This document shows positions 30,257 to 40,952 of a DNA stretch of 64,000 nt, piece by piece. How positions within the stretch are numbered: position 1 is the first letter of the stretch; every line of letters begins with the position of its first letter. The stretch is taken from the IMG/VR virus record IMGVR_UViG_3300046323_000587, positions 62,001 to 126,000 of that record; one strand, given 5' to 3'. The position numbers were made by a program, and so were the translations under genes. The notes beneath the pieces were generated by a model. That model searched no databases. It saw only the letters and a program-made list of their open reading frames with translations, and was not told the origin of the DNA.

Positions 30257-32068
30257 GTGAATACAATTACAATAAATATTGAGCCAGGAATAAAATACTT
30301 ATCAGAAAGTAAAAATATCAAACAACTACCTAAAAATTGCTTATTTGATAAAGGAAGAGTAGGATGTGGAGGAACCACCTTAGCAATTGAATCAAATGAA
30401 CCTTATGTTATTGCTGTTCCTTTTGTATCTTTAATAGAAAATAAAATGTTTCAACATTCTAATATATTAGGTATATATGAAGGAGTAAAAACATCTACAA
30501 TTAAAAACTATTTAAAGAATAACTCTTGTCCTATCATTATGGTTACTTATGATTCATTACCTAAATTAGGTAATTATATAACAAGATCAGAGTATAAATT
30601 ATTAATAGATGAATATCATTTATTATTTACACAATATTCCTTTAGAGATGAAGCCATAGATAAGCTATTGCAAGAATATCAACATTACAAAGAGTATTGT
30701 TTTATGACTGCAACTCCACTAGAAGAAGAGTTTATATTAGATGAATTGAAAGATTTAGATATAGTCAATGCTGTATGGGAAGATTCTTCTGATGTTACAA
30801 TAGAGTCAATTAAATGTTTAAAAGGAGTATTAAATACTACAATAGATTTAATTAATGATTATTTAGCTGATATAAAACATAATAAAGAAGGAAATCTCTA
30901 TTTATTTGTTAATAGTGTAAAATTTATCAAAGAGTTAATAAGTAATACAGATGTTAATTTTCAAAATTGTAATGTAATATTTTCTAAAAACAATAAAACT
31001 GATGTAGGATTAGATAGAGGAATTTTACCTTCTGATAAATTAGGTACAGTTAAACCAAAGAAGATTAACTTCTTGACTTCTACTGTATTTGAAGGTACTG
31101 ACATTTATGACGAGGAAGGTAAAATCTATATTGTATCAGACCCAAGTAAATCTAATACATTAGTAGATATTTCTACTTCATTTCAACAAATAGCAGGAAG
31201 AATAAGGAACAGTAAATATCGTAATCTTATAAGCCATATTTATAGTAATACTAGATATACTTCTCTTTCTTATCAAGATTTTAAAGATTTATCTGTAAGA
31301 GAAATAGAGTTAGCTAAAAAATCAACAGAAGCTTTTAATGCAATTCAAAAAGAAACTAGAACATATTTAATTGAAGCAGGATTAGGAAAGATTAATCAAA
31401 CTTATATCACTGTAAAAAAAGATTCTGAAATATATTTTAATCCAAATTTAGTTAAATTAGATATTTATAATTACAAAGTAAGTAAACATCTATATAAGAT
31501 CAGAGTAAACAATTCAGCAGATACTTCAACAAGTAATTTAACAAAAGAATGTACTAAATATAATTACAATGTTATTAACTTTGAACATAAAAGCGAAATT
31601 AAAATATCTCCAACAGATTTACCTGGGTTTAAAGATGTAGTAATAATGTTGAAAGAGCTACAAAATGGTACTGATGAAGAATCCAATGCATATAGAAAAG
31701 CAGCGTATTTAAGATTTTCTTTTTTAGAAAATGCAATAGAGAAACTAACTTTTGAAGGTATTGAAAAACTAAATTATGTTCAAACTAATGTTAAAAGGAA
31801 ATTAATCTCTTTATTAGATAGTAATCTTGAAACTAAAATATTCAAATTATTAAAAAGTAATTCAAAAATATCTTCTGGTAATTTTATTTCTTATAAAGAT
31901 TTAAAAGATGAATTTACTAAGATTTATTCTGAATTAAATATCAATAAAACAGCAAAATCTACTGATATTAAAAGTTTTTTTAATGTACAAACTATAAAAA
32001 AATACATAAATAAAAAACAAGAAGATGGAGTAATTATTATAAATCCGAAACCAATAATTAATTTATGA
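30257..32068 (+). CDS. SF2 (DExH) helicase-domain protein, possible replication initiator / origin-binding protein
   Basis: Degenerate Walker A GCGGTT, DEYH, TAT, STVFEG.D, QIAGRIR; basic C-terminal domain; GTG start. Confidence 0.7.
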   Translation: MNTITINIEPGIKYLSESKNIKQLPKNCLFDKGRVGCGGTTLAIESNEPYVIAVPFVSLIENKMFQHSNILGIYEGVKTSTIKNYLKNNSCPIIMVTYDSLPKLGNYITRSEYKLLIDEYHLLFTQYSFRDEAIDKLLQEYQHYKEYCFMTATPLEEEFILDELKDLDIVNAVWEDSSDVTIESIKCLKGVLNTTIDLINDYLADIKHNKEGNLYLFVNSVKFIKELISNTDVNFQNCNVIFSKNNKTDVGLDRGILPSDKLGTVKPKKINFLTSTVFEGTDIYDEEGKIYIVSDPSKSNTLVDISTSFQQIAGRIRNSKYRNLISHIYSNTRYTSLSYQDFKDLSVREIELAKKSTEAFNAIQKETRTYLIEAGLGKINQTYITVKKDSEIYFNPNLVKLDIYNYKVSKHLYKIRVNNSADTSTSNLTKECTKYNYNVINFEHKSEIKISPTDLPGFKDVVIMLKELQNGTDEESNAYRKAAYLRFSFLENAIEKLTFEGIEKLNYVQTNVKRKLISLLDSNLETKIFKLLKSNSKISSGNFISYKDLKDEFTKIYSELNINKTAKSTDIKSFFNVQTIKKYINKKQEDGVIIINPKPIINL

Positions 32069-32110
32069 TTTATTTCTCATAATAGAGTTTTTTAAAAAAC
32101 CAAATATTTT

Positions 32111-32313
32111 ACAAGGAAGTTTTTAATCAAGGGTATATAGTAACGGTAACGAATTAGAAATTTCCTTGTTTATTGTTAACATTTTTAAGAAATATAAAAA
32201 AATAAACTTTATAAAAATATTTTTATAATTTCCTAATTTTTAACAAATTATTTTACAAGGAATTTTTTGATTAAGGGTATTAAGGAACGGTATTAAATCA
32301 AAAAATTCCTTGT
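32111..32313. repeat. Two related long-stem hairpins (32111-32169 and 32255-32313)
   Basis: Stems ACAAGGAA...TTCCTTGT of 17 and 18 bp; both loops contain AAGGGTAT-N5-AACGGTA. Confidence 0.88.
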
Positions 32314-32397
32314 TTTTATTAAATATTTTAACATTACACTAATAAGTTAAACTTTCGATAATATTTTTATTATGGATAAATTAAATGAATGATATAA

Positions 32398-33999
32398 ATG
32401 ACTACATATAATGATAGTTTTCACCCATTATTTAATAGTAAACCTAAGAATAGTTTTGCTATAAAAAATACAGAAAAGTATAAAAAGAAAATATTTAAAC
32501 CAAAAGATTTATTTCCTTTTGGAAAATATAAAGGAGTAGAAATCTCTCAAGTTTATGGAGAAGATTTAAGCTATATCAGATATTTAGAAAAAAATGGTTT
32601 CAAATTCAATATGTCAGAATTGTTTACTGTTAATTTTTCTAGTAATTCTGAGATAAGATTAAATACACAACAGCAAGAGGCTTGTACTAAAATACAACGA
32701 TTTTTATTGTCAGAAGACAGAGAATTTCTTTTAGAAGGTGAAGCAGGAACAGGTAAAACAACTGTAATTAAATACGCTTTATCAAAAAAGAAAGGAGTTA
32801 TAGGATGTACAGTTTCTCATAAAGCTAAAATTGTATTAGGTAAAAGTTTAAACTGGGTTAATACAATAGCCTCATTGTTTAATTTAAGACCTTCTTTTGA
32901 TGATGAAGGAAATCAAATATTTAATAAATTAGATGAGAATATGATTACTGATAGTTGTAAAATATTAGTAGTAGATGAATGTTCTATGATTTCTCCTGAA
33001 TTAAGAAAAATGATTTTAGATTATACGTATCCTGATACAAAGATAATTTATTTAGGAGATAAATGTCAAACTCCTTATATTGATTCTAATAAACCATTAG
33101 ATAAAGATTCTCCTTGTTTTGCTGTTGTTCCTAATCATAGTTTAGTTACTGTAATGAGAAATGAAAATAACATTTCTTTAGCTAAACAATTAAGGAATTT
33201 AATCTTGAAATACAATGAAGACCAATTACCAATTGATTATAAATTAGATATTACAGAAACAGAAGATTTAAAAAAACTTTCTACTAAAGAAGATATTGTA
33301 GAACAATTTTCTTGGTTGATTGATAAAAAAAATGTCAATTCAGTTAAGTTAGTTGCATATAAAAATTCTGTAGTTAATAGTTTTAATAAAGAGATAAGAG
33401 AAAAGATTTTCAATAATCCTAAAACTTTTGAAATAGGAGACTGGATTATGATGCGTTCTGAATATGTTATAGACGCTAAACCTAAAAAAATTATTTATTA
33501 TAATGGAATGGAATTTATAATATCGTCTATTACTTCAAGTTCTTATGCTGGATATAAAGTAACATTATTAAATAAGGAAATTCCTGTATTAAAAAGAGAG
33601 TCTTATAATGATTGGGATAGTAAATGTTCTTTTTTAAAAAGAGAAGCTATTAAACTATCTAATAAAAAGAAGAAGTTAGTTAAATTAAATGAAGAAACAG
33701 GAGAATTTGATAAAGATAAAGCTACAACAGAAAAAGATATAAAGAAACTATCACAAGAAGTAATAGATGCTTGGAAACTGTTTTATGGTCATATAGATTT
33801 ATTTCCTAAATTGCAATTTGGTTATTGTATAACTAGTCATTTGTCTACTGGATCTACTTATTTAAACACTATTTGTTTAGAAAGTGATATTATGGAAAAA
33901 CACTACAAACCAAAAGAAGATTTAAAATCTATTAAAGAACCTCTACAATTACTTTATGTTGCTTGTTCAAGACATAAACAAAAGTTGTTTATAGGATGA
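32398..33999 (+). CDS. Dda/RecD-like SF1B helicase with small N-terminal FPFGKYKG domain
   Basis: GEAGTGKT, VVDECSM, GD..Q, YCITSH.STGSTY, YVACSR. Confidence 0.85.
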   Translation: MTTYNDSFHPLFNSKPKNSFAIKNTEKYKKKIFKPKDLFPFGKYKGVEISQVYGEDLSYIRYLEKNGFKFNMSELFTVNFSSNSEIRLNTQQQEACTKIQRFLLSEDREFLLEGEAGTGKTTVIKYALSKKKGVIGCTVSHKAKIVLGKSLNWVNTIASLFNLRPSFDDEGNQIFNKLDENMITDSCKILVVDECSMISPELRKMILDYTYPDTKIIYLGDKCQTPYIDSNKPLDKDSPCFAVVPNHSLVTVMRNENNISLAKQLRNLILKYNEDQLPIDYKLDITETEDLKKLSTKEDIVEQFSWLIDKKNVNSVKLVAYKNSVVNSFNKEIREKIFNNPKTFEIGDWIMMRSEYVIDAKPKKIIYYNGMEFIISSITSSSYAGYKVTLLNKEIPVLKRESYNDWDSKCSFLKREAIKLSNKKKKLVKLNEETGEFDKDKATTEKDIKKLSQEVIDAWKLFYGHIDLFPKLQFGYCITSHLSTGSTYLNTICLESDIMEKHYKPKEDLKSIKEPLQLLYVACSRHKQKLFIG

Positions 34000-34205
34000 T
34001 GGAAGACTACTTTAAATTAAATAAACTTGAAATGTATAAATTAGATGTATACCACTATATACTAAATAATGGAGTTAAAATATATAGTCTTTTAGCAGAA
34101 GAATCTAATAAAATATATAAAACTGAAAAAGAGTATAAATCAGCTAAAATGTTGTATGAGAAGGAGTTCAACCTTGTTTTTATAAGTAAAGTAATAGAAG
34201 CTTAG
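33996..34205 (+). CDS. Hypothetical protein
   Basis: 69 aa with ATGA coupling to the upstream gene. Confidence 0.5.
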   Translation: MMEDYFKLNKLEMYKLDVYHYILNNGVKIYSLLAEESNKIYKTEKEYKSAKMLYEKEFNLVFISKVIEA

Positions 34206-34241
34206 AAAGTTTAAAATAATTTAAAAATATTCTTGATATTA

Positions 34242-34273
34242 TTTGGAATATCGATAAGGGTACTCTATATTTG
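34242..34273 (+). promoter_or_regulatory. Bacteroidota-type primary sigma promoter
   Basis: TTTG (34242-45), 20-nt spacer, TATATTTG (34266-73): matches the -33/-7 consensus TTTG-N19-21-TAnnTTTG. Confidence 0.7.
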
Positions 34274-34362
34274 TATCAAGAAAACAGAGTAATAGTTTTT
34301 AGTAAAAGTTTCAAAATTCAATAGTTAATGTTTAATAATAATCAAAATTAAAATTTAAAGTT

Positions 34363-34713
34363 ATGGAAAAATCAAAAGTATCAAAAGCAAAAGTAACAAA
34401 ATCATCAGTAGTAGCAACATTGACAGTAAAAGATGTAATTAATGCACTTTCAACATTCACAGCAGAAGACAAAGCAATTATCAAAGCATCATTAAATCCA
34501 GCACAATCTTATTCAACTATTGTAGAGATTTCAGATATGTTAGAAACATTGACAATGCACACTAATAAATTGCAACTTAAAGGAACTAAATCACATTCTT
34601 CAGAAGCAAATAAATTAACTGTAAAAATGAAATCAGTTCTTACAAGATTGAGAAAAGAAAATATTGCAAAGAAAAACTCTTTACCAAGAAAAGAGAAAAA
34701 ATCTACAAAATAA
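34363..34713 (+). CDS. Basic histone H1-like (Hc1-type) protein
   Basis: 116 aa, K-rich; C-half KGTKSHSSEANKLT..MK..L..LRK resembles Bacteroidota Hc1-like proteins; own promoter and terminator. Confidence 0.55.
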   Translation: MEKSKVSKAKVTKSSVVATLTVKDVINALSTFTAEDKAIIKASLNPAQSYSTIVEISDMLETLTMHTNKLQLKGTKSHSSEANKLTVKMKSVLTRLRKENIAKKNSLPRKEKKSTK

Positions 34714-34740
34714 TTTTTATATAGCAATCAATTCAAATTG

Positions 34741-34771
34741 AACCTGTGACTGATGTTGCAGGTTTTTTTTT
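34741..34771 (+). terminator. Intrinsic terminator
   Basis: aacctgtgac-tgat-gttgcaggtt plus T-run. Confidence 0.8.
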
Positions 34772-34844
34772 AGCTTGATTTTAAATAAGTGTTTAAATTG
34801 ATTTTTTAAATTATTTTAGTTAATTATTAATTATTAAATTTTAT

Positions 34845-35402
34845 ATGAATAGATTAGATGTTTTAAAACAAAAAGTGGCTATTAATAAGCCAATGATTCA
34901 AAATCAAATGATGTCTCAACAAAGTGCTCCAATGGAAATGTATTCAGAAGAAGGTTTAGACAATGAAGAAGTAGAAGAAGTTTCAATGGAAGGTTTACAA
35001 GAAGATGTAATGAGTCAAGAATCTTTTGATGGGACGTATGATTTATCTACGTTTGCTTTATCTTTATTTACATTAAGAACTCAATTACATATTTGGCATC
35101 TTCAAACTAAATCATTTGCTGAACATAAAGCATTAAATAGTACTTATGATGATTTATTAGTATTGTTAGACAGTTATATTGAAAAAGCACAAGGTAAAAC
35201 TAACACTGTAATTAGAGTAGGTCATTTACAACCAAAAGAGCTTTGTGATTATCAACCTCAATATATGAGAGAATGTATTAGAAATACTTCACAAGAATAT
35301 CAAACGTTATTTCTTCAAATAGAAGGAGAAGATCTAAAGAATGTTATGGCTGAAATACTAGGTTTGTTAAATGAGTTAGAATATCTTTTAACATTGAATT
35401 AG
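34845..35402 (+). CDS. Ferritin/Dps-like phage protein (DUF5856-like) with acidic N-extension
   Basis: LHIWHLQTKSFAEHKAL..YD.L..LLD.YIE..QG and C-terminal YLLTL. Confidence 0.75.
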   Translation: MNRLDVLKQKVAINKPMIQNQMMSQQSAPMEMYSEEGLDNEEVEEVSMEGLQEDVMSQESFDGTYDLSTFALSLFTLRTQLHIWHLQTKSFAEHKALNSTYDDLLVLLDSYIEKAQGKTNTVIRVGHLQPKELCDYQPQYMRECIRNTSQEYQTLFLQIEGEDLKNVMAEILGLLNELEYLLTLN

Positions 35403-35415
35403 ACTTAAAATAAAA

Positions 35416-35445
35416 AATCCCTTATAAGTTATATTATAAGGGATT
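35416..35445. terminator. Bidirectional terminator between convergent gene blocks
   Basis: aatcccttataa / ttataagggatt with A-run on the left and T-rich sequence on the right. Confidence 0.75.
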
Positions 35446-35477
35446 AATTTTTGTATTTTATTCACTATCATTCACTA

Positions 35478-38400
35478 CTACTTACTATCAAAAGTATTAA
35501 CAAAAAATCTAGTTAATCCAGTAGTTTTTAAAGCTGTATCTAATGCTTTAGTTCCATCTAAATCAACGAATAATTGTTTTAATATTTTTCCAAAAGTTTC
35601 TATGATAGTAAAGCCTACAATAGGATTATTAGTTGATACAACTGTAAAAGCTGCATTTGCAACAGCTAAATCTTGAAATGATACAGCAACATTTTTATAA
35701 AATTGTTTTTCTATCCCAGTCATCCCTTTTTCTGAACTTTCAAAAGCTCTCATTGTAGTATATCCTAATAAAAACATTAATAAGTCGGCTAATAATCTAA
35801 CTAAATTCTCTTTTCTATCTTCTCTTAAAGTACTCCAATTAAAATTCTTCTCATACATTTGTTTATATACTGCAACAATAGTTTGAAATATTCCTTCCAT
35901 TGTTTTACCTTCCCAATCCATTATTATGTTTACTAAATTACCTTCTGAGTCATAAATTTTCTTTTTTACAAACTTACCTTGCTTAGATTTTGATTGATCA
36001 ATTTGTTGTAACCACCATTTCTCTTTCAATGAAATCATCCAAGTTTTAAATTGTAGTAATAATTTCCCCCAAGCAGTTCTACCTAAAAGAGTTTTCTTGT
36101 CATTAGAATAAGCTCCAAACATTTTATCAGATAAGTTCTTAAAGGTTTCTATTTGTCTTATAGTATAAGGTTGAGAAATTTCTCCCTCAGAGTTCAATGC
36201 TTTTTCTATTCCTACTGTAGCAATTAACTCTTCTTTGATTCTTGAATACAATGCTTTTTGAGATAAATATGCTTCGTATACAGATTTATCAGATTTATTT
36301 GTAGGTGGATTAGCTTGATAAATAGGGTCAAAATATAACTTAAATCTTAAATCTTTTTTTGGATCATACCTTAAATTACCTTCTGAATCTACTGTTACTG
36401 CTGATTTCTCACTAACTCCTCCAACATTTTCTGTTATAATTATCCCATCTTTAATCATTTGTCCTATAAATATAGCTCTTCTATTTACTACATCAGGAAT
36501 TTTATTAAAGTGATACATATACTTACTAGAAAATAAACCTAATTTATTTCCAGTTTGCATCTCAGTTGCTATATTGGTATAATCAATATTAGTTATATTA
36601 AAATAATTATCTAGTCCGTCACAAAAACTAATATTTTTTTCTCTGACCCAATCAGGCAAAGCTTCGTCAAACATAACTACACCGTACCCAGAATATAAAT
36701 CATTTAAAGTAAAATTACCATTTCCTACTGTTTGATTAACAATTGCTTCTATATTGGTATTCCAAATACCCGATAACAAATTTCTTACTGAAAGCATTGG
36801 ATTATAACCAATAAAAATAGTTGATACTGCATCTTTAACAATAGAAAAAGATTTTTCTAGGAAGGGAAGCTCCATAGTTTTATCTTTTTGGTCTAGTACT
36901 CCATTAAGATAAGAATCTAAATAAGCTTCTAAATTTGGTAAAGCTCCAAATGAATTAGCTTTTCTATATAACATCAGTTGTTTAATAGAATCGTACATTA
37001 CCCTTATTTTAAGGAATTCTGCATCTTTATATTGATAAGACGTAAATTGATTTAAAACGTGTTCTAAGTGAGTTTCAAATACTTGACTTCTTTCTAAAAG
37101 TTTCTTACGGCGATCTTCCATATTTGTAATATATGAGTTCATTATGTCATTTTTTCCATAAGAGTTTTTTAATATATTTAATTCTCGTTTAGCATTGACA
37201 ATCTGGCTTTCATAAGGATCAAAAGATACATCTACACTTCCCATTCCTTTACTAGCCTCTCCAATATAGTTGTTTATATTAATAACAGAATCCCACCAAT
37301 TTTTAGTAGCTTCAACAAAAGAAAGATTTTTAAAATAAGTTTTCCAATTATTTTCTAATTTAGAAGAAGTTTTACTAGGAAAAGTTAATGGTATATCAAA
37401 TTTACGAGCTTGTTGTATTGGACTATTAAATAACAAAGTAATTTCTTGTTCTGTGTAATATTGTTGTCTTAATCTTTCTTTAATTGCTTCATCTCTTTCA
37501 AATATAAATTGATTTATAAAAGCTATTTCCTCTGCATTAAGTGGACCTTCTTTTTCTGTATAAGTTTTATTAGGATCTTTTAATTTCATATCTTTTGTAA
37601 TCATATTCTTAAAATAAACAGTAGTAGAACCTAATGTATATTCTTGTAGTTTACCAATATAAGTAAAGTTTTTCTTATATAAATTATTAACAATAGGTGT
37701 CAATCGTTCTCTATAAGTAAGAAAGTTTTTACGGAATACTACTAAAGCTTTATTTATATAATCTATAATATTAGAAATAAGAGTATTATTCATATTAATA
37801 GGGTTGGTAGTTTCAAATTCAATAAAATTAGATTCTAAATCTTTATCCAATGAAATAACCAAACCATTAAGTTGTAGTATAGCATTATCTAAATAATATT
37901 TCTTTTCGTTATCTAGTGTAGTTTCTTTACCAGCTAAACTTTTTCTAATTTCTATAAGATGTTTTAATAACCCTTTTCTAACTTCATTTTGAGTAGGAGT
38001 TTCTTTATATTTATCAAATAATTTTTTGTAATCATCTGTTTCAACTAACTCAATACGATTTTTTGTATTATTTGCATTAAAGCTTGTAACATATTCTGTA
38101 AAGGATTGAACCCAATCTTGTGAATTTATACCAGCTCCCATTGCAGTTTTTAAATCAAAAGTTTTAAGCTCTTCTGATTCACTTGAAGCCAATTTATCTT
38201 TTATTCTTTCTGTTGTAAATACAGTTTTAATTGTAGGTAGTAAGTCCTGTAAAGTAAAAGAAGAAAATTCTTTATTTTGGTATACTATTCTAATTTCACC
38301 AATAGCAGAGGGTTTAACATTATCTGACTTAAAAGTATCTCCAGTTTCTAACATAGCAATCATAGCTGTTTTTATAGCCTCTATATTTCTATATGAAGCT

Positions 38401-40952
38401 TTTAATACATTTGGTGCAAGTTCTTCTGTATCGCCATAAAAATTACCTAATAAAGAAGTTCCTAATTTCATTTCATCTACGATATCATTTGGATTAACAT
38501 TACTTTTTATAGTAGAAATATGAACAAAATCTAAAACATTTGTGTTATTGTGACGAAAAACTAAAATTCCATTTCTACGTAATTCTTCAAAAGAATTATC
38601 TAGTTTCCAAGGATTGTGGTCTCCATCTAAATACTTATTCAAGTTTGTATCTACTTGATCAATATTCCACAATCCTTTAAAAGGTGTTTTTGATAGGCCT
38701 GCCTCTGATTTTATGTGTTCAACATATCTAATAGTTGCATTAATATAATAATTACCATTATCATTATAATCATCAATTAAAAGTTGTGTTATTGCTTTCT
38801 TATCCTCTTCGTGAACTACTGTATCTCCTTTTTTAGTTTTCAATAATATCTTTACTACATTCTTTTCTTTTTCTTTTGTAGACTGTAACCAGAGAGAGTA
38901 ATATCTATTTCCTTTATCATCAACAGCAGAAACATTTTTATCATCTTTTAAAATCTCAATAAAATTTCTATTTCCTATATAAGGTGTAGCTTCATTAACA
39001 ATTGAAGAACCAAATACTTCTTTAAATAGTTGTCCTGTTAAAGAATCTTTTTTAGCTGAGATAGTTTGAGGTTCTTTATCAAATAATTTAGAAATATTCA
39101 CATCTATTTGTCCTCCAGGTGCAATCTTACCTAACCCTGTAAACATACTTCCACGAGTATACTCAACTGATTTTAAATCCTGGTTTTCATAATCAGCTTC
39201 AATTAAAATAGGGATAATATTAACAGAATTAACTTTAAGTTTACCATACCCCTTACTTTCTAAAATATTTTTATAGATGTTTAATTGATATTGTATTTTT
39301 AACTTTTTTTCACTACTCCATTCACCATAAGCTTTCTTACTTGTTTTATAATCATACACATCTAAGTCTCCATTAGCTCGAATTACAATTAAATCTATTG
39401 TACCAGCTATATTAGCATAAGTATCTAGACCTAAATTGATTCCACTAAATACAGAAGCTTCTGTTATAAGAGCGTCTCCTGGCTGTAGTTTTAAATCTAT
39501 ATAGATTTTTCTAGCAACTGACATAAGACTATCAACATATTTCTTTACATCTGATACACTAGAGAGACTACCTAATTCTGGTTTTTTAAAAGGAGCTAAA
39601 GCTAATATTTCTTCGGCTATATTTTCTTTTACAGCATTTAATTGATCTTTTGTTGGCTTACTTGTAAGAGTTTGAATATTTTTATAAGTTATCTCAATAG
39701 CTTTGTGAATTACAGTTCCTAACTCTCTTTCTAATTTCCAATCAAGCATTTGTTGATTCACTTTGTTTTCAGCATCTACTTCACTCATACCTTCTTCTTG
39801 GTATCGTCTTTTCATATCAGTCAATACCTCATTTATATTGAATGACATAGTTCCCCAAGGATTTTCTTTTAATATTTGCTTATTATTTTCTATAAAAGTT
39901 GTAGTACCATAAGTTGTTGTACTTCGGTCATCAGATACAATATATCTACCATCAAAAGTATTTTCATCAGCTTGCTCAATATCAAAAGGACCTTCTACTT
40001 TTCTTCCATTATTATTAATAAGCTCAATAATATCTATTACTTTAGTAGATTCGTCATTAAATAAAATAAAATCTGATTTCAAATCTTTTTGATTAGGTAG
40101 CTGTTTAGTTAAATCTATTACTTTATCAAATAAGCTGTTTGTTTGCGGTATGTTTAATAATTTTTTAAACCAGTTAATTACACGATTAAATAAAGAGATA
40201 TTATCTTGATCAACTATTTTTAAGTAAGATTGTAGTTTAGAATTAGTAAATATCCCAACTAAAAACTCATCAATATTAGTCAAACTATATAATAAATCTT
40301 CACTTTCTGTAATAGGTAAATTAACTATATACTCAGAAATAGTTTTTCTAATAGAATCAAACTCATTTTTAATATTATTTGAAGCTCCATTTAATTTATA
40401 ATGAGAAACCGCATGAACAATCTCGTGAATTACAGCTAAATCTGGGTCTAAACTAGATTTATTAATATAAATTTTATTTTCTTTTGCTGAATAAAAACTT
40501 GAATTTGATTTTAATATTTGAGTTCTATAAGATAGTTCTTTTCCAATCAATTCTTCAGGAGAAAGAAAACTGATTTGAACATTATTTAATTCTTTAAATA
40601 AAGATAGAAATGTACTTAAATCTCGATACTCACTTTTTTCATTTAATTTAAGATATTCTAATGCTGACTTCAATGAAAAATTTGTACCTAATACTTCATT
40701 AATAGTCTTTGGTTTTTGATAAGATATACTTAAAAACTCTCTTTTAGGTTCTCCACTAGAATCTAACTTAGATTTAATTACTTTATTATCAATCCAGTTA
40801 CCAAAACTATTTAAAAATTCTTGTGTATGTATTTCTAAGTAATATTTATAGCCTTGTTCTTTACCAAATTCTTTCTGTAATTGGTTAAACAATATAGAAG
40901 GCTTACCTGACTTGGTTTTTACTGTTATTTCTTTTGGATTTCTACAAAACAT
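35478..40952 (-). CDS. Large polyvalent putative virion/ejection protein: zincin peptidase, PD-(D/E)XK nuclease, helical C-terminus
   Basis: 1824 aa; HEIVH...DEF; GTVIH..IE...IAGTIDL...YDYKT...QLNIY; hydrophobic C-terminal helices. Confidence 0.75.
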   Translation of the reverse strand: MFCRNPKEITVKTKSGKPSILFNQLQKEFGKEQGYKYYLEIHTQEFLNSFGNWIDNKVIKSKLDSSGEPKREFLSISYQKPKTINEVLGTNFSLKSALEYLKLNEKSEYRDLSTFLSLFKELNNVQISFLSPEELIGKELSYRTQILKSNSSFYSAKENKIYINKSSLDPDLAVIHEIVHAVSHYKLNGASNNIKNEFDSIRKTISEYIVNLPITESEDLLYSLTNIDEFLVGIFTNSKLQSYLKIVDQDNISLFNRVINWFKKLLNIPQTNSLFDKVIDLTKQLPNQKDLKSDFILFNDESTKVIDIIELINNNGRKVEGPFDIEQADENTFDGRYIVSDDRSTTTYGTTTFIENNKQILKENPWGTMSFNINEVLTDMKRRYQEEGMSEVDAENKVNQQMLDWKLERELGTVIHKAIEITYKNIQTLTSKPTKDQLNAVKENIAEEILALAPFKKPELGSLSSVSDVKKYVDSLMSVARKIYIDLKLQPGDALITEASVFSGINLGLDTYANIAGTIDLIVIRANGDLDVYDYKTSKKAYGEWSSEKKLKIQYQLNIYKNILESKGYGKLKVNSVNIIPILIEADYENQDLKSVEYTRGSMFTGLGKIAPGGQIDVNISKLFDKEPQTISAKKDSLTGQLFKEVFGSSIVNEATPYIGNRNFIEILKDDKNVSAVDDKGNRYYSLWLQSTKEKEKNVVKILLKTKKGDTVVHEEDKKAITQLLIDDYNDNGNYYINATIRYVEHIKSEAGLSKTPFKGLWNIDQVDTNLNKYLDGDHNPWKLDNSFEELRRNGILVFRHNNTNVLDFVHISTIKSNVNPNDIVDEMKLGTSLLGNFYGDTEELAPNVLKASYRNIEAIKTAMIAMLETGDTFKSDNVKPSAIGEIRIVYQNKEFSSFTLQDLLPTIKTVFTTERIKDKLASSESEELKTFDLKTAMGAGINSQDWVQSFTEYVTSFNANNTKNRIELVETDDYKKLFDKYKETPTQNEVRKGLLKHLIEIRKSLAGKETTLDNEKKYYLDNAILQLNGLVISLDKDLESNFIEFETTNPINMNNTLISNIIDYINKALVVFRKNFLTYRERLTPIVNNLYKKNFTYIGKLQEYTLGSTTVYFKNMITKDMKLKDPNKTYTEKEGPLNAEEIAFINQFIFERDEAIKERLRQQYYTEQEITLLFNSPIQQARKFDIPLTFPSKTSSKLENNWKTYFKNLSFVEATKNWWDSVININNYIGEASKGMGSVDVSFDPYESQIVNAKRELNILKNSYGKNDIMNSYITNMEDRRKKLLERSQVFETHLEHVLNQFTSYQYKDAEFLKIRVMYDSIKQLMLYRKANSFGALPNLEAYLDSYLNGVLDQKDKTMELPFLEKSFSIVKDAVSTIFIGYNPMLSVRNLLSGIWNTNIEAIVNQTVGNGNFTLNDLYSGYGVVMFDEALPDWVREKNISFCDGLDNYFNITNIDYTNIATEMQTGNKLGLFSSKYMYHFNKIPDVVNRRAIFIGQMIKDGIIITENVGGVSEKSAVTVDSEGNLRYDPKKDLRFKLYFDPIYQANPPTNKSDKSVYEAYLSQKALYSRIKEELIATVGIEKALNSEGEISQPYTIRQIETFKNLSDKMFGAYSNDKKTLLGRTAWGKLLLQFKTWMISLKEKWWLQQIDQSKSKQGKFVKKKIYDSEGNLVNIIMDWEGKTMEGIFQTIVAVYKQMYEKNFNWSTLREDRKENLVRLLADLLMFLLGYTTMRAFESSEKGMTGIEKQFYKNVAVSFQDLAVANAAFTVVSTNNPIVGFTIIETFGKILKQLFVDLDGTKALDTALKTTGLTRFFVNTFDSK

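Noticed and set aside
32101-32320. CRISPR mini-array
   Set aside because: Only two units; the conserved parts are inverted arms plus the loop rather than direct repeats with unique spacers; no cas operon
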